From: Candidatus Methylomirabilia bacterium
Lineage (GTDB): Bacteria; Methylomirabilota; Methylomirabilia; Rokubacteriales; CSP1-6
Length of the DNA stretch: 21,769 bases
Assembly: GCA_041497895.1 (NCBI GenBank)
Contig: JBGQHJ010000085.1
Location: 1-21,769 of the forward strand
Direction of reading: 5' to 3'
Below, piece by piece: positions 1-10,315 of the stretch. The notes under the pieces are model-generated. The model was given only the letters and a program-made list of their open reading frames with translations. It was not told where the DNA came from and ran no database searches. The translations under genes were made by a program, and so were the position numbers. How positions within the stretch are numbered: the stretch's first letter is position 1; every line of letters starts with the position of its first letter.

Positions 1-585
1 ATCGTCCCGATCCTGCGGCCCTACCGCACCCGCGACGACATCGGCCACTGGTGGCAGGACCCCTCGGTGCTGGCCTACGTGCAGGAGCGCCTCGCGAAGA
101 ACAAGGGCGTGCACAAGGGCATCGGCGAGTTCCACCTCTTCGGCGGCCAGACCGGCACCTTCGTGGTCAAGCGCATCACCGAGCTGGCGGTGCAGGAGAA
201 CATCTATCTGCACGCCCACTCCGACGAGCTCGCGATCGTCGAGCTGTTCACGATCGAGCCTCGGCTGCGGGTGATCTGGGCGCACGCGGGCATGAGCGCG
301 GGACCGCAGGCGGTGGGAGCGCTGCTCGATCGCTACCCGACGCTCTGGGTGGACCTGGCCATCCGCAACGGCGACGTGGCCCCGGGCGGCACGCTCGACC
401 CGGCGTGGCGCGCGGTGTTCCTCCGCCATCCCGACCGCTTCCTCGCCGGCACCGACACCTGGGTGACGTCGCGCTGGGAGGCGCTGCCGGGATCGGTCAC
501 CGAGGTGCGCGGCTATCTCGCCCAGCTCCCGCGCGACGTGGCCGAGAAGATCGCCTTCCGGAACGCGGAGCGCCTCTTCCCCTGA
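1..585 (+). CDS. Amidohydrolase-family (TIM-barrel, Amidohydro_2-like) protein, 5' end outside the window
   Basis: Frame 1 is open from base 1 (IVPILRPYRTRDDIGHWW...) into ORF 67..585. Motifs GIGEFH, LHAH, IWAHAG and RFLAGTDT, plus C-terminal KIAFRNAERLF, are typical of this family. Confidence 0.85.
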   Translation: MVPILRPYRTRDDIGHWWQDPSVLAYVQERLAKNKGVHKGIGEFHLFGGQTGTFVVKRITELAVQENIYLHAHSDELAIVELFTIEPRLRVIWAHAGMSAGPQAVGALLDRYPTLWVDLAIRNGDVAPGGTLDPAWRAVFLRHPDRFLAGTDTWVTSRWEALPGSVTEVRGYLAQLPRDVAEKIAFRNAERLFP

Positions 586-598
586 CCCGGCGAGGGGT

Positions 599-1627
599 CT
601 AGCCGACCCCGAGCTCCGCCGCGGTCGCCTCGATCTGGCTCCAGGTCTGATCCTCGATGGCGATGCCCTGCGCGCGGCGCTCCGCCTCGAGGCGCGCCTC
701 CGGCTCCCCCGGGATCAGGATCTCGGTCGCGCCCTGGGCGAGCGGCGTCGCCTTCACCCAGCCGAAGAGCGCACCCACCTGCCGGTGGAACTCGGGTAAC
801 GGCAGGAAGCGCTCGACGTCGAGGCAGATCATCAGCGTCCCGTTGGCGAACACTCCGGGGGGCGGGCCGGCAGGGCCGGTGCCCGAGAGGATGCCGCCCA
901 GGATCTCCACCGCGAGCGAGAGCCCGTAGCCCTTGTGGTCTCCCGCGGTGAGCAGCGCGCCGGGCGGGTCGCCGTAGAAGATCTCGGGATCGGTCTCGGG
1001 CCGGCCCTTGCTGTCCACGAACCAGCCGGGGGGCGCCGCCTGCTTGCGGTTGCGCTTCACCCGCAGCTTGCCCTCGGCCACCACGCTGGTGGCGAAGTCG
1101 AGCACCATCGCGGGCCCGTCGACGCCCGGCACCGCGACCGCGTGCGGGTTGGTGCCGAGCCGCCGCGCCGCGCCGCCCCACGGCGCCACGTTGAGCCCAT
1201 GCACGCAGTTGGCCCAGAGCATGCCGACGAGCCCGGCCTTGGCCGCCATCTCCGCGTAGTCGGCGAGGCGTCCCACGTGGCTGGTGCGCGAGGTGGACGC
1301 CGCGCTCAGTCCCCCCGCCTTGGCCTTGGCGATCGCCATCTCCATCGCGCGGCGGCCCACCACCTGCCCGAAGCCGCCGCCGCCGTCGAGGCGCACCAGC
1401 GCCGGTGTCTCCGCGGTCACCGTGATGGGAGTCTTCGGATCGACCTGCCCCTTCTTCACCGACTCCCAGTACTGGGGGATGCGGATCACCCCGTGAGAGT
1501 CGTGGCCGCGCAGGTTGGCGCGCACGAGCAGCGCGGCGATCCACGCCGCGTCGCCGTCGGGGGCGCCCATCGCGGTGAAGACGCGGGTGGCCTTCGCTTC
1601 GAGCCGGGTCGCGTCGATGGTCGGCAT
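599..1627 (-). CDS. Ldh_2-family (type 2 malate/L-lactate/sulfolactate-like) NAD(P)-dependent oxidoreductase
   Basis: 342 aa with GHDSHG, HVGRLADY, LGTNP, LDFATS, HKGYGL and IPGEPE motifs. Substrate cannot be assigned from sequence. Confidence 0.92.
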   Translation of the reverse strand: MPTIDATRLEAKATRVFTAMGAPDGDAAWIAALLVRANLRGHDSHGVIRIPQYWESVKKGQVDPKTPITVTAETPALVRLDGGGGFGQVVGRRAMEMAIAKAKAGGLSAASTSRTSHVGRLADYAEMAAKAGLVGMLWANCVHGLNVAPWGGAARRLGTNPHAVAVPGVDGPAMVLDFATSVVAEGKLRVKRNRKQAAPPGWFVDSKGRPETDPEIFYGDPPGALLTAGDHKGYGLSLAVEILGGILSGTGPAGPPPGVFANGTLMICLDVERFLPLPEFHRQVGALFGWVKATPLAQGATEILIPGEPEARLEAERRAQGIAIEDQTWSQIEATAAELGVG

Positions 1628-1633
1628 GTCGGC

Positions 1634-1640
1634 TACAATA
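1634..1640. promoter_or_regulatory. Overlapping back-to-back -10 elements for two divergent, probably leaderless genes
   Basis: TACAAT (+, 1634-1639) is 9 nt before ATG 1649. TATTGT (-, 1640-1635) is 7 nt before the minus-strand ATG at 1627. The intergenic gap is 21 bp with no SD sequence. Confidence 0.6.
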
Positions 1641-1648
1641 ACTCACCG

Positions 1649-1990
1649 ATGACGGCCACGAAAGCCGAGCGCGAGTTCTTCGATCCGGCCGCCCTGCCCT
1701 GGCGGCCCGCGCCCGGCTTCCCGCCCGGCGTGTGGGAGCAGGTCATCAGCGGCGGGGACGACGAGGGCGTGACCACGCGCCTGCTCCGCTTCGAGCCCGG
1801 CTCGGGCAGCGATCGCGCGGTCACCCACGACTTCTGGGAGGAGATCTACATCGTCTCGGGCACGCTCGAGTGCGGCGGGCGGCCCTATCCGGCCGGCTCG
1901 GTGGCGGTGCGCCCGCCCGGCATGCCGCACGGCCCGTTCCACTCGGCCACCGGCTGCGTGAGCTTCGAGGTCCGCTACCGGGTCGTCTGA
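1649..1990 (+). CDS. Cupin-domain protein (ChrR-like/Cupin_7), 113 aa
   Basis: C-terminal part of ORF 935..1990 from ATG 1649: TRLLRFEPG, HDFWEEIYIVSG and RPPGMPHGPF cupin motifs. Confidence 0.88.
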   Translation: MTATKAEREFFDPAALPWRPAPGFPPGVWEQVISGGDDEGVTTRLLRFEPGSGSDRAVTHDFWEEIYIVSGTLECGGRPYPAGSVAVRPPGMPHGPFHSATGCVSFEVRYRVV

Positions 1991-2973
1991 TGGCGGCGAC
2001 CCCACCCGCCTGGCGCTCGCCCGATCTGCCCATTCGGGTCGGGATCTCCTCCTGCCTCCTCGGCGAGGAGGTCCGCTACGACGGCGGCCATCAGAAGGAC
2101 CAGTACATCACCGGGGTGCTCGCCCGCCACTTCTCGTGGGTGCCGGTCTGCCCGGAGATGGAGGTGGGCATGGGCGTGCCGCGCGAGCCGATCCGCCTCG
2201 TGGGCGATCCGCGCGCGCCGCGCCTGCTGGGGGTGACCAGCGGCACCGATCACACCCTGCGCATGAATGTGTTCGCGCGGCGGCGCGTGCAGGAGCTCGC
2301 CCGCCGTGGGCTCTCTGGCTACGTGCTCAAGCGCGCCTCGCCCTCCTGCGGCATGGAGCGCGTGAAGCTCTACGCGGGTGACGGCGCGCCGCCCGCGCGC
2401 ACCGGGGTCGGGCTCTTCGCGCGCGAGCTCGTGACGGCGCTGCCCCTCCTGCCGGTGGAGGAAGAGGGCCGACTCAACGACGCGCGGCTGCGCGACAACT
2501 TCATCACCCGGGTCTTCGCCTACCGTCGCCTCACCGCGCTCCGGGAGATGGGGCCGCGCCCGGCGGACGTGGTCGCGTTCCACACCGCCCACAAGTACCT
2601 GCTCCTGGCCCACAGTCCCGCCGCGTACGCGCGCCTCGGCCGGCGGGTGGCCGCGATCCGGACCGAGCCGCTCGCCGCCTGGCTCGACCGCTACGCGGAC
2701 GGCTTCATGCGCGCGCTCCAGGCGCCGGCCACGCCGAAGAAGCACGTCAACGTGCTCCAGCACATCATGGGCTTCTTCAAGGACCGGCTCGTCGCGGCCG
2801 AGAAGCGCGAGCTGCTGGGCGTCATCGACGACTACGCGCGCGGGCTCGTGCCGCTGGTCGTCCCGATCACCCTGATCAACCATTACGTCGCCCGCTTCGA
2901 GACCGCCTACGTCCGCGACCAGATCTACCTGCACCCCCATCCCAAGGAGCTGATGCTCCGCAACCACGTCTGA
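1990..2973 (+). CDS. rudS: DUF523 (TudS-like [4Fe-4S] desulfidase) + DUF1722 fusion, RudS-like, 327 aa
   Basis: ATG 1990 overlaps the cupin stop (TGATG). Three-Cys motifs GISSCLLG..RYDGGH, VCPE and SPSCG. DUF1722 part has FHTAHKYLLLAH, NVLQHIMGFFK and QIYLHPHPKELMLRNHV. Confidence 0.85.
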   Translation: MAATPPAWRSPDLPIRVGISSCLLGEEVRYDGGHQKDQYITGVLARHFSWVPVCPEMEVGMGVPREPIRLVGDPRAPRLLGVTSGTDHTLRMNVFARRRVQELARRGLSGYVLKRASPSCGMERVKLYAGDGAPPARTGVGLFARELVTALPLLPVEEEGRLNDARLRDNFITRVFAYRRLTALREMGPRPADVVAFHTAHKYLLLAHSPAAYARLGRRVAAIRTEPLAAWLDRYADGFMRALQAPATPKKHVNVLQHIMGFFKDRLVAAEKRELLGVIDDYARGLVPLVVPITLINHYVARFETAYVRDQIYLHPHPKELMLRNHV

Positions 2974-3041
2974 CGCCGCCGCCGGCCCGTGTGGAGCCGC
3001 CGGCGGCCCTCGGAAAGGTTGTCGCGGTCCGGCTCCTGCCC

Positions 3042-3047
3042 TATCCT
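3042..3047 (+). promoter_or_regulatory. Putative -10 element (TATCCT) for a leaderless kinase transcript
   Basis: TANNNT hexamer 6 nt upstream of the in-frame GTG 3054, with no SD. Confidence 0.45.
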
Positions 3048-3053
3048 GGAAGC

Positions 3054-6119
<3,066 letters not shown>

Positions 6120-6120
6120 C

Positions 6121-6140
6121 GCGCGCCGCGCCCGGCGCGC
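6121..6140 (+). terminator. GC hairpin after the kinase (possible terminator or processing stem; no U-tract)
   Basis: GCGCGCCG-cgcc-CGGCGCGC perfect 8-bp stem directly after stop 6119. Confidence 0.3.
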
Positions 6141-6155
6141 CCCGATCCGGCTCCC

Positions 6156-6566
6156 ATGACCGAGCGGCCGATCCGCGTGCTGGTCGCCAAGGTCGGCCTC
6201 GACGGCCACGACCGCGGCGCCAAGATCGTGGCGCGCTGCCTGCGCGACGCGGGGATGGAGGTCGTGTACACGGGGCTCCACCGCACCCCCGAGGAGGTCG
6301 TGGCCGCGGCGGTGCAGGAGGACGTGGACGTGCTCGGCGTCAGCATCCTCTCGGGGGCCCATCTCACGCTCTTCCCGCGCGTGCTCGCCCTCATGCGCGA
6401 GGCGGGCGCGCTCGATATCCGGCTGGTCGCGGGCGGGGTGATCCCCGACGAGGACGTGCCGGTACTGCGCGAGATGGGGGTCGCGGACGTGCTCCTGCAG
6501 GACACGCCGCCCGAGACCATCGTCGCGCGCATCCGCGACCTGGTGGCGACACGGCCCGCTTCCTGA
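6156..6566 (+). CDS. hcmB: Cobalamin-binding small subunit of an acyl-CoA mutase (2-hydroxyisobutyryl-CoA mutase small subunit)
   Basis: 136 aa with the DxHxxG motif ([11 protein letters not shown]), [20 protein letters not shown] and C-terminal LLQDTPP, as recalled for HcmB. An hcmA-type large subunit is in the same operon. Confidence 0.88.
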   Translation: MTERPIRVLVAKVGLDGHDRGAKIVARCLRDAGMEVVYTGLHRTPEEVVAAAVQEDVDVLGVSILSGAHLTLFPRVLALMREAGALDIRLVAGGVIPDEDVPVLREMGVADVLLQDTPPETIVARIRDLVATRPAS

Positions 6567-6570
6567 GCCC

Positions 6571-7407
6571 ATGCCCGCGCTCGATTGGGCCGCGCTGCGC
6601 GGCCGCCGCGGCGTCGACCTGACCGTCTGGCCGCGGCGCTACGATCCCGCGTACCGGCCCCCGCCCGAGGCGGCCCACTGGCTGCCCGAGGTCGAATGCG
6701 CGGACCCCGCCGCGCGCGACGCGCTCGTCTTCGCCAAGCTCACCCGGCAGGTGCGCTACGCGTGGGAACGGAGCGCCTTCTACCGGCGCAAGTGGCAGGA
6801 CGCGGGCGTCTCGCCCGACGCGCTCCGGAGCCTCGACGACCTCGCGCGCTTCCCGGTGGTGCAGAAGGCCGAGCTGCGCGCCGCGCAGGCGGCCGCGCCG
6901 CCCTTCGGCGACTATCTCTGCATCGAGCCCTCGGAGGTGGCGCGGACGACTGGGTCCGCATCGGGGAGGCCCACGCGCGCATCCTCTGGGGCGCGGGCAT
7001 CCGTCCGGGCGATCGCATCCTTCTCCGGCGAGCCGGGCGCGGGCATTCCCGCGACCCGCGCGCTCATCGAGGAGACGTTCGGCGGCCGCTGCGTGGACAT
7101 GGGCAGCATGGCCGAGATGTCGCCGTGGATGACCAACGGCGAGTGCGGCCACCGCACCGGCATGCACCTCTGGCAGGACCTCGTCTACACGCAGGTCTGC
7201 GACCCCGAGACCTTCCGGCCCCGGCCCTACGGCGCCGAGGGCACCCCCGTGTACACTCACCTCGAGCGGACCTCGCAGCCCATGATCCGGCTAATCTCGG
7301 ACGATCGCGCACGGTGGGTCGACACCCCCTGCCCCTGCGGGCGGACCTACCCGCGCCTGCCCGACGGGCTGTACGGCCGCAGCATCCTCCACGTTCAGGC
7401 AGGATGA
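6571..7407 (+). pseudogene. hcl: Decayed PaaK-like acyl-CoA ligase (2-hydroxyisobutyrate-CoA ligase, Hcl-like) with two internal deletions and a 3' truncation
   Basis: Family blocks PFGDYLC, FSGEPG, GSMAEMSP, YTHLERTSQPMIR and CPCGRTYPRLP..GR are present. The block DDWVRIGEAHARILWGAGIRPGDRIL (about 6942-7020) lies in a different frame. The TSGTTG P-loop, the YGTPSY region and the C-terminal domain after GR (7380) are missing. Confidence 0.85.
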
Positions 7408-7475
7408 AAGATGAGCGCTTGCGCGAAGGAGCTGAATCGCCAACCAGTTTCCTCCACGTTCAAGCGAGCTGAAAG
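7382..7475 (+). CRISPR. CRISPR-like minimal unit: 29-bp repeat, 36-bp spacer, 29-bp repeat; no cas genes in the window
   Basis: R1 7382-7410 GCATCCTCCACGTTCAGGCAGGATGAAAG; spacer 7411-7446; R2 7447-7475 GTTTCCTCCACGTTCAAGCGAGCTGAAAG. The repeats are 23/29 identical, with GTTTC...TGAAAG termini in R2. Only two copies, so a non-CRISPR duplication is possible. Confidence 0.45.
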
Positions 7476-7487
7476 AAAGGGCATTCC

Positions 7488-9170
7488 ATGTTCGACGCAG
7501 ACGCGCTGAGGCGCCAGGCCGAGGAGAAGGCCGACTGGGAGGTCCGCGAGCTCGCCGAGTTCCTCCGGCGCCAGCCGGAGGCGCGCGCGGAGTATCGCAC
7601 CGGATCGGGCCTGCCGGTGCACCGGCTCTACACCCCGGAGGACATCGCGGACGCGCCCGCCGACAACATCGGGCTACCCGGCCGCTATCCATACACGCGC
7701 GGCCCGTATCCCACGATGTACCGCGGCCGCAACTGGACGATGCGGCAGATCGCGGGCTTCGGCACCGGAGCCGACACCAACGGCCGCTTCCGCTACCTGA
7801 TCGAGCAGGGCCAGACCGGGCTCAGCGTGGACTTCGACATGCCCACCCTCATGGGCTACGACTCCGACGACCCGCGCTCGCTCGGGGAGGTGGGGCGCGA
7901 GGGGGTGGCCGTCGACACGCTCGACGACATGGAGGCGCTCTTCGCCGACATCGATCTCGAGCGCATCTCGGTGTCGATGACCATCAATCCCACCGCGTGG
8001 ATCCTCCTCGCGATGTACGTGGCCCTGGCCGAGTCGCGCCGCTTCGACCCGAACCGCCTCTCCGGGACGGTGCAGGCCGACATCCTGAAGGAGTACGTGG
8101 CCCAGAAGGAGTGGATCTTCCCGATCCGGCCGTCGATGCGGATCATGCGCGACATGATCGTGTGGAGCGCGCGCAACCTCGCGCGCTACAACCCCATCAA
8201 CATCAGCGGCTATCACATCTCGGAGGCGGGGGCCACGTCGGTGCAGGAGCTCGCCTTCACGATGGCCAACGCGATCGCCTACGTGGAGGAGGTGACCCGT
8301 GCCGGCGTGCCGGTCGACGAGTTCGCCCCGCGCCTGGCCTTCTACTTCGTGGCCCAGGCCGACTTCTTCGAGGAGGTGGCCAAGTTCCGCGCGGCCCGCC
8401 GCCTCTACGCCCGCCTCATGAAGGAGCGGTTCGGGGCGACGAAGGCCGAGTCGATGCGCCTGCGCTTCCACTGCCAGACCGCGGCGGCCACCCTGACCAA
8501 GGCCCAGCCGCTCAACAACGTGATCCGCACCGCCCTCCAGGCGCTCTCCGCGGTCCTGGGCGGGGCCCAGTCGCTGCACACCAACGGCATGGACGAGGCC
8601 TACGCGATCCCCTCCGAGGAGGCGATGAAGATCGCCCTCCGCACCCAGCAGATCATCGCGCTCGAGACCAGGGTGGCCAACGTGGTGGATCCGCTCGGCG
8701 GGTCGTACTACGTGGAGGCCCTCACCAACCGCATCGAGGCCGAGGTGGGCGTGATCCTCGCTCGCGTGGACGGCATGGGCGGCACCATCAAGGCCATCGA
8801 GGAGGGCTTCTTCCAGCGCGAGATCGCCGACTCCGCCTACGACTTCGCCCGGCGCAAGGCGGCCGGCGAGCAGCCGGTGATCGGAGTCAACACGCTGGTG
8901 GAGCCGTCCGAGCCGCCGCCGATCCCCATCCACAAGGTGGACCCCGCGGTGGAGGCGCGCCAGGTGAAGCGGCTCGCCGAGACGCGGCGGCGGCGCGACC
9001 AGGCCCTCGTCGATCGCCTCCTCGACCGGCTCGCGCGCGAGGCCCGGGAGCCGGGCACCAACCTCATGCCGGTGACGATCGATCTGGTCAAGGCCCGCGC
9101 CTCGCTCGGCGAGATCACGGCCCGGCTCCGGCAGGTCTGGGGTACCTACATCGAGCGGCCGGTGTTCTGA
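7488..9170 (+). CDS. hcmA: 2-hydroxyisobutyryl-CoA mutase large (substrate-binding) subunit, methylmalonyl-CoA mutase family
   Basis: 560 aa. WTMRQIAGFGT has Ile88 where MCM has Tyr and ICM has Phe. SVDFDMPT has Asp115, equivalent to HcmA Ile90/Asp117. Also QADILKEY, ISGYHISEAG, HCQTAAATLT and DPLGGSYYVE. AAAGGG RBS upstream. Confidence 0.92.
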   Translation: MFDADALRRQAEEKADWEVRELAEFLRRQPEARAEYRTGSGLPVHRLYTPEDIADAPADNIGLPGRYPYTRGPYPTMYRGRNWTMRQIAGFGTGADTNGRFRYLIEQGQTGLSVDFDMPTLMGYDSDDPRSLGEVGREGVAVDTLDDMEALFADIDLERISVSMTINPTAWILLAMYVALAESRRFDPNRLSGTVQADILKEYVAQKEWIFPIRPSMRIMRDMIVWSARNLARYNPINISGYHISEAGATSVQELAFTMANAIAYVEEVTRAGVPVDEFAPRLAFYFVAQADFFEEVAKFRAARRLYARLMKERFGATKAESMRLRFHCQTAAATLTKAQPLNNVIRTALQALSAVLGGAQSLHTNGMDEAYAIPSEEAMKIALRTQQIIALETRVANVVDPLGGSYYVEALTNRIEAEVGVILARVDGMGGTIKAIEEGFFQREIADSAYDFARRKAAGEQPVIGVNTLVEPSEPPPIPIHKVDPAVEARQVKRLAETRRRRDQALVDRLLDRLAREAREPGTNLMPVTIDLVKARASLGEITARLRQVWGTYIERPVF

Positions 9171-10315
9171 TGCCGCCCCGGCCCTTCCGCATCGAGGTAC
9201 CGGACGTGACGCTCGCCGACCTGCGCGAGCGGCTGGCCCGCGTGCGCTGGCCCGACCAGGCCCCGGGCGCGGAGTGGGCCTTCGGGACCAGCCTCGCCTA
9301 CATGAAGGACCTCGTCGCGCACTGGCGGGACCGCTACGACTGGCGCGCGCACGAAGCGCGGCTCAACGCCTTCCGCCAGTTCACCGCGCCCGTCGCGGGC
9401 ATCGACCTGCACTTCATCCACGAGGAGGGCCGCGGGCCCCGGCCGCTGCCGCTGCTGCTCTCCCACGGCTGGCCCGGCTCGGTGTGGGAGTTCCACAAGA
9501 TCCTCCCCATGCTCACCGATCCCGCCCGCTTCGGCGGCGATCCGGGCGACTCGTTCACCGTGATCGCGCCGTCGCTGCCCGGCTACGGCTTCTCCTTCGC
9601 GCCGGGCCAGCCGCGCTTCGGCGTCGCCGAGATCGCGGACGCCTTCGCCGCGCTCATGACCGACGTGCTGGGCTACCCGCGCTTCGCCGCGCAGGGCGGC
9701 GACTGGGGCGGGTTCATCACCTCCCGGCTCGGCGCGACCCATCCGGAGCGCCTGGTCGGCATCCACGTCAACCTGCTCTCGCTCCGCCGCGACATCAAGC
9801 CGCCCGCCCAGCCCACCCCGGAGGAGAAGCAGTATCTCGACGACCTCGGGCAGTGGCTGCGCGAGGAGGCCGGCTACCAGTGGATCCAGGGCACCAAGCC
9901 CCAGACCCTCGCCTTCGGCCTGAGCGACTCGCCGGCCGGGCTCGCGGCCTGGATCGTGGAGAAGTTCCGGACGTGGAGCGACTGCGGCGGCGACGTCGAG
10001 CGGCGCTTCACCAAGGACGAACTGCTCACCAACGTGATGATCTACTGGGTGACCGGCAGCATCAACGCGTCCTTCTGGCCCTACTACGCCCGCTACCACG
10101 CCCCGTGGCCCATCGCCGACGGCCAGCGCATCGAGGTGCCGACCGCGTACGCGGCCTTCCCCAGGGAAATCGTGCGGCCGCCGCGCGCCTGGGCCGAGCG
10201 GATGTACAACATCCGCCGATGGACGGTGATGCCGGCGGGCGGGCACTTCGCGGCGATGGAGGAGCCGGCCGCGCTCGCCCAGGACCTCCGTGCCTTCTTC
10301 CGGGAGTACCGCTGA
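9170..10315 (+). CDS. Epoxide hydrolase, microsomal-type (EHN domain + alpha/beta hydrolase), 381 aa
   Basis: ATG 9170 overlaps the hcmA stop (TGATG). PFRIEV..DLRERL..RWPD N-terminus, HGWPGS oxyanion motif, QGGDWG nucleophile Asp, DSPAGLAAWIVEKF and GGHFAAMEEP. Confidence 0.93.
   Translation: MPPRPFRIEVPDVTLADLRERLARVRWPDQAPGAEWAFGTSLAYMKDLVAHWRDRYDWRAHEARLNAFRQFTAPVAGIDLHFIHEEGRGPRPLPLLLSHGWPGSVWEFHKILPMLTDPARFGGDPGDSFTVIAPSLPGYGFSFAPGQPRFGVAEIADAFAALMTDVLGYPRFAAQGGDWGGFITSRLGATHPERLVGIHVNLLSLRRDIKPPAQPTPEEKQYLDDLGQWLREEAGYQWIQGTKPQTLAFGLSDSPAGLAAWIVEKFRTWSDCGGDVERRFTKDELLTNVMIYWVTGSINASFWPYYARYHAPWPIADGQRIEVPTAYAAFPREIVRPPRAWAERMYNIRRWTVMPAGGHFAAMEEPAALAQDLRAFFREYR

Noticed and set aside
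2978..3007. GCCGCCGGC/GCCGGCGGC hairpin after the RudS-like gene as a terminator
   Set aside because: All-GC stem with a 12-nt loop and no U-tract, which is common by chance at this GC content.
7411..7446. Self-targeting by the CRISPR-like spacer (ATGAGCGC at 292 and at 14324-14317 on -, GCGCTTGCGC near 11183-11192 on -)
   Set aside because: Matches are only 8-10 nt and GC-rich, as expected by chance, and they do not extend.
7381..7487. Cobalamin riboswitch upstream of hcmA
   Set aside because: No B12-box, GGGAA or GCCACTG core seen, and the region is too short.
7488..9170. Annotation as methylmalonyl-CoA or isobutyryl-CoA mutase
   Set aside because: The specificity position is Ile (RQIAG), not Tyr or Phe, and an Hcl-like ligase is adjacent.
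7997..10315. Apparent 772-aa ORF and other long N-terminal extensions (935, 1732, 9274, 13903, 16786, 17573)
   Set aside because: The extensions are stop-free out-of-frame readings of upstream genes or intergenic DNA. True starts are marked by stop/start overlaps, SD or -10 elements.
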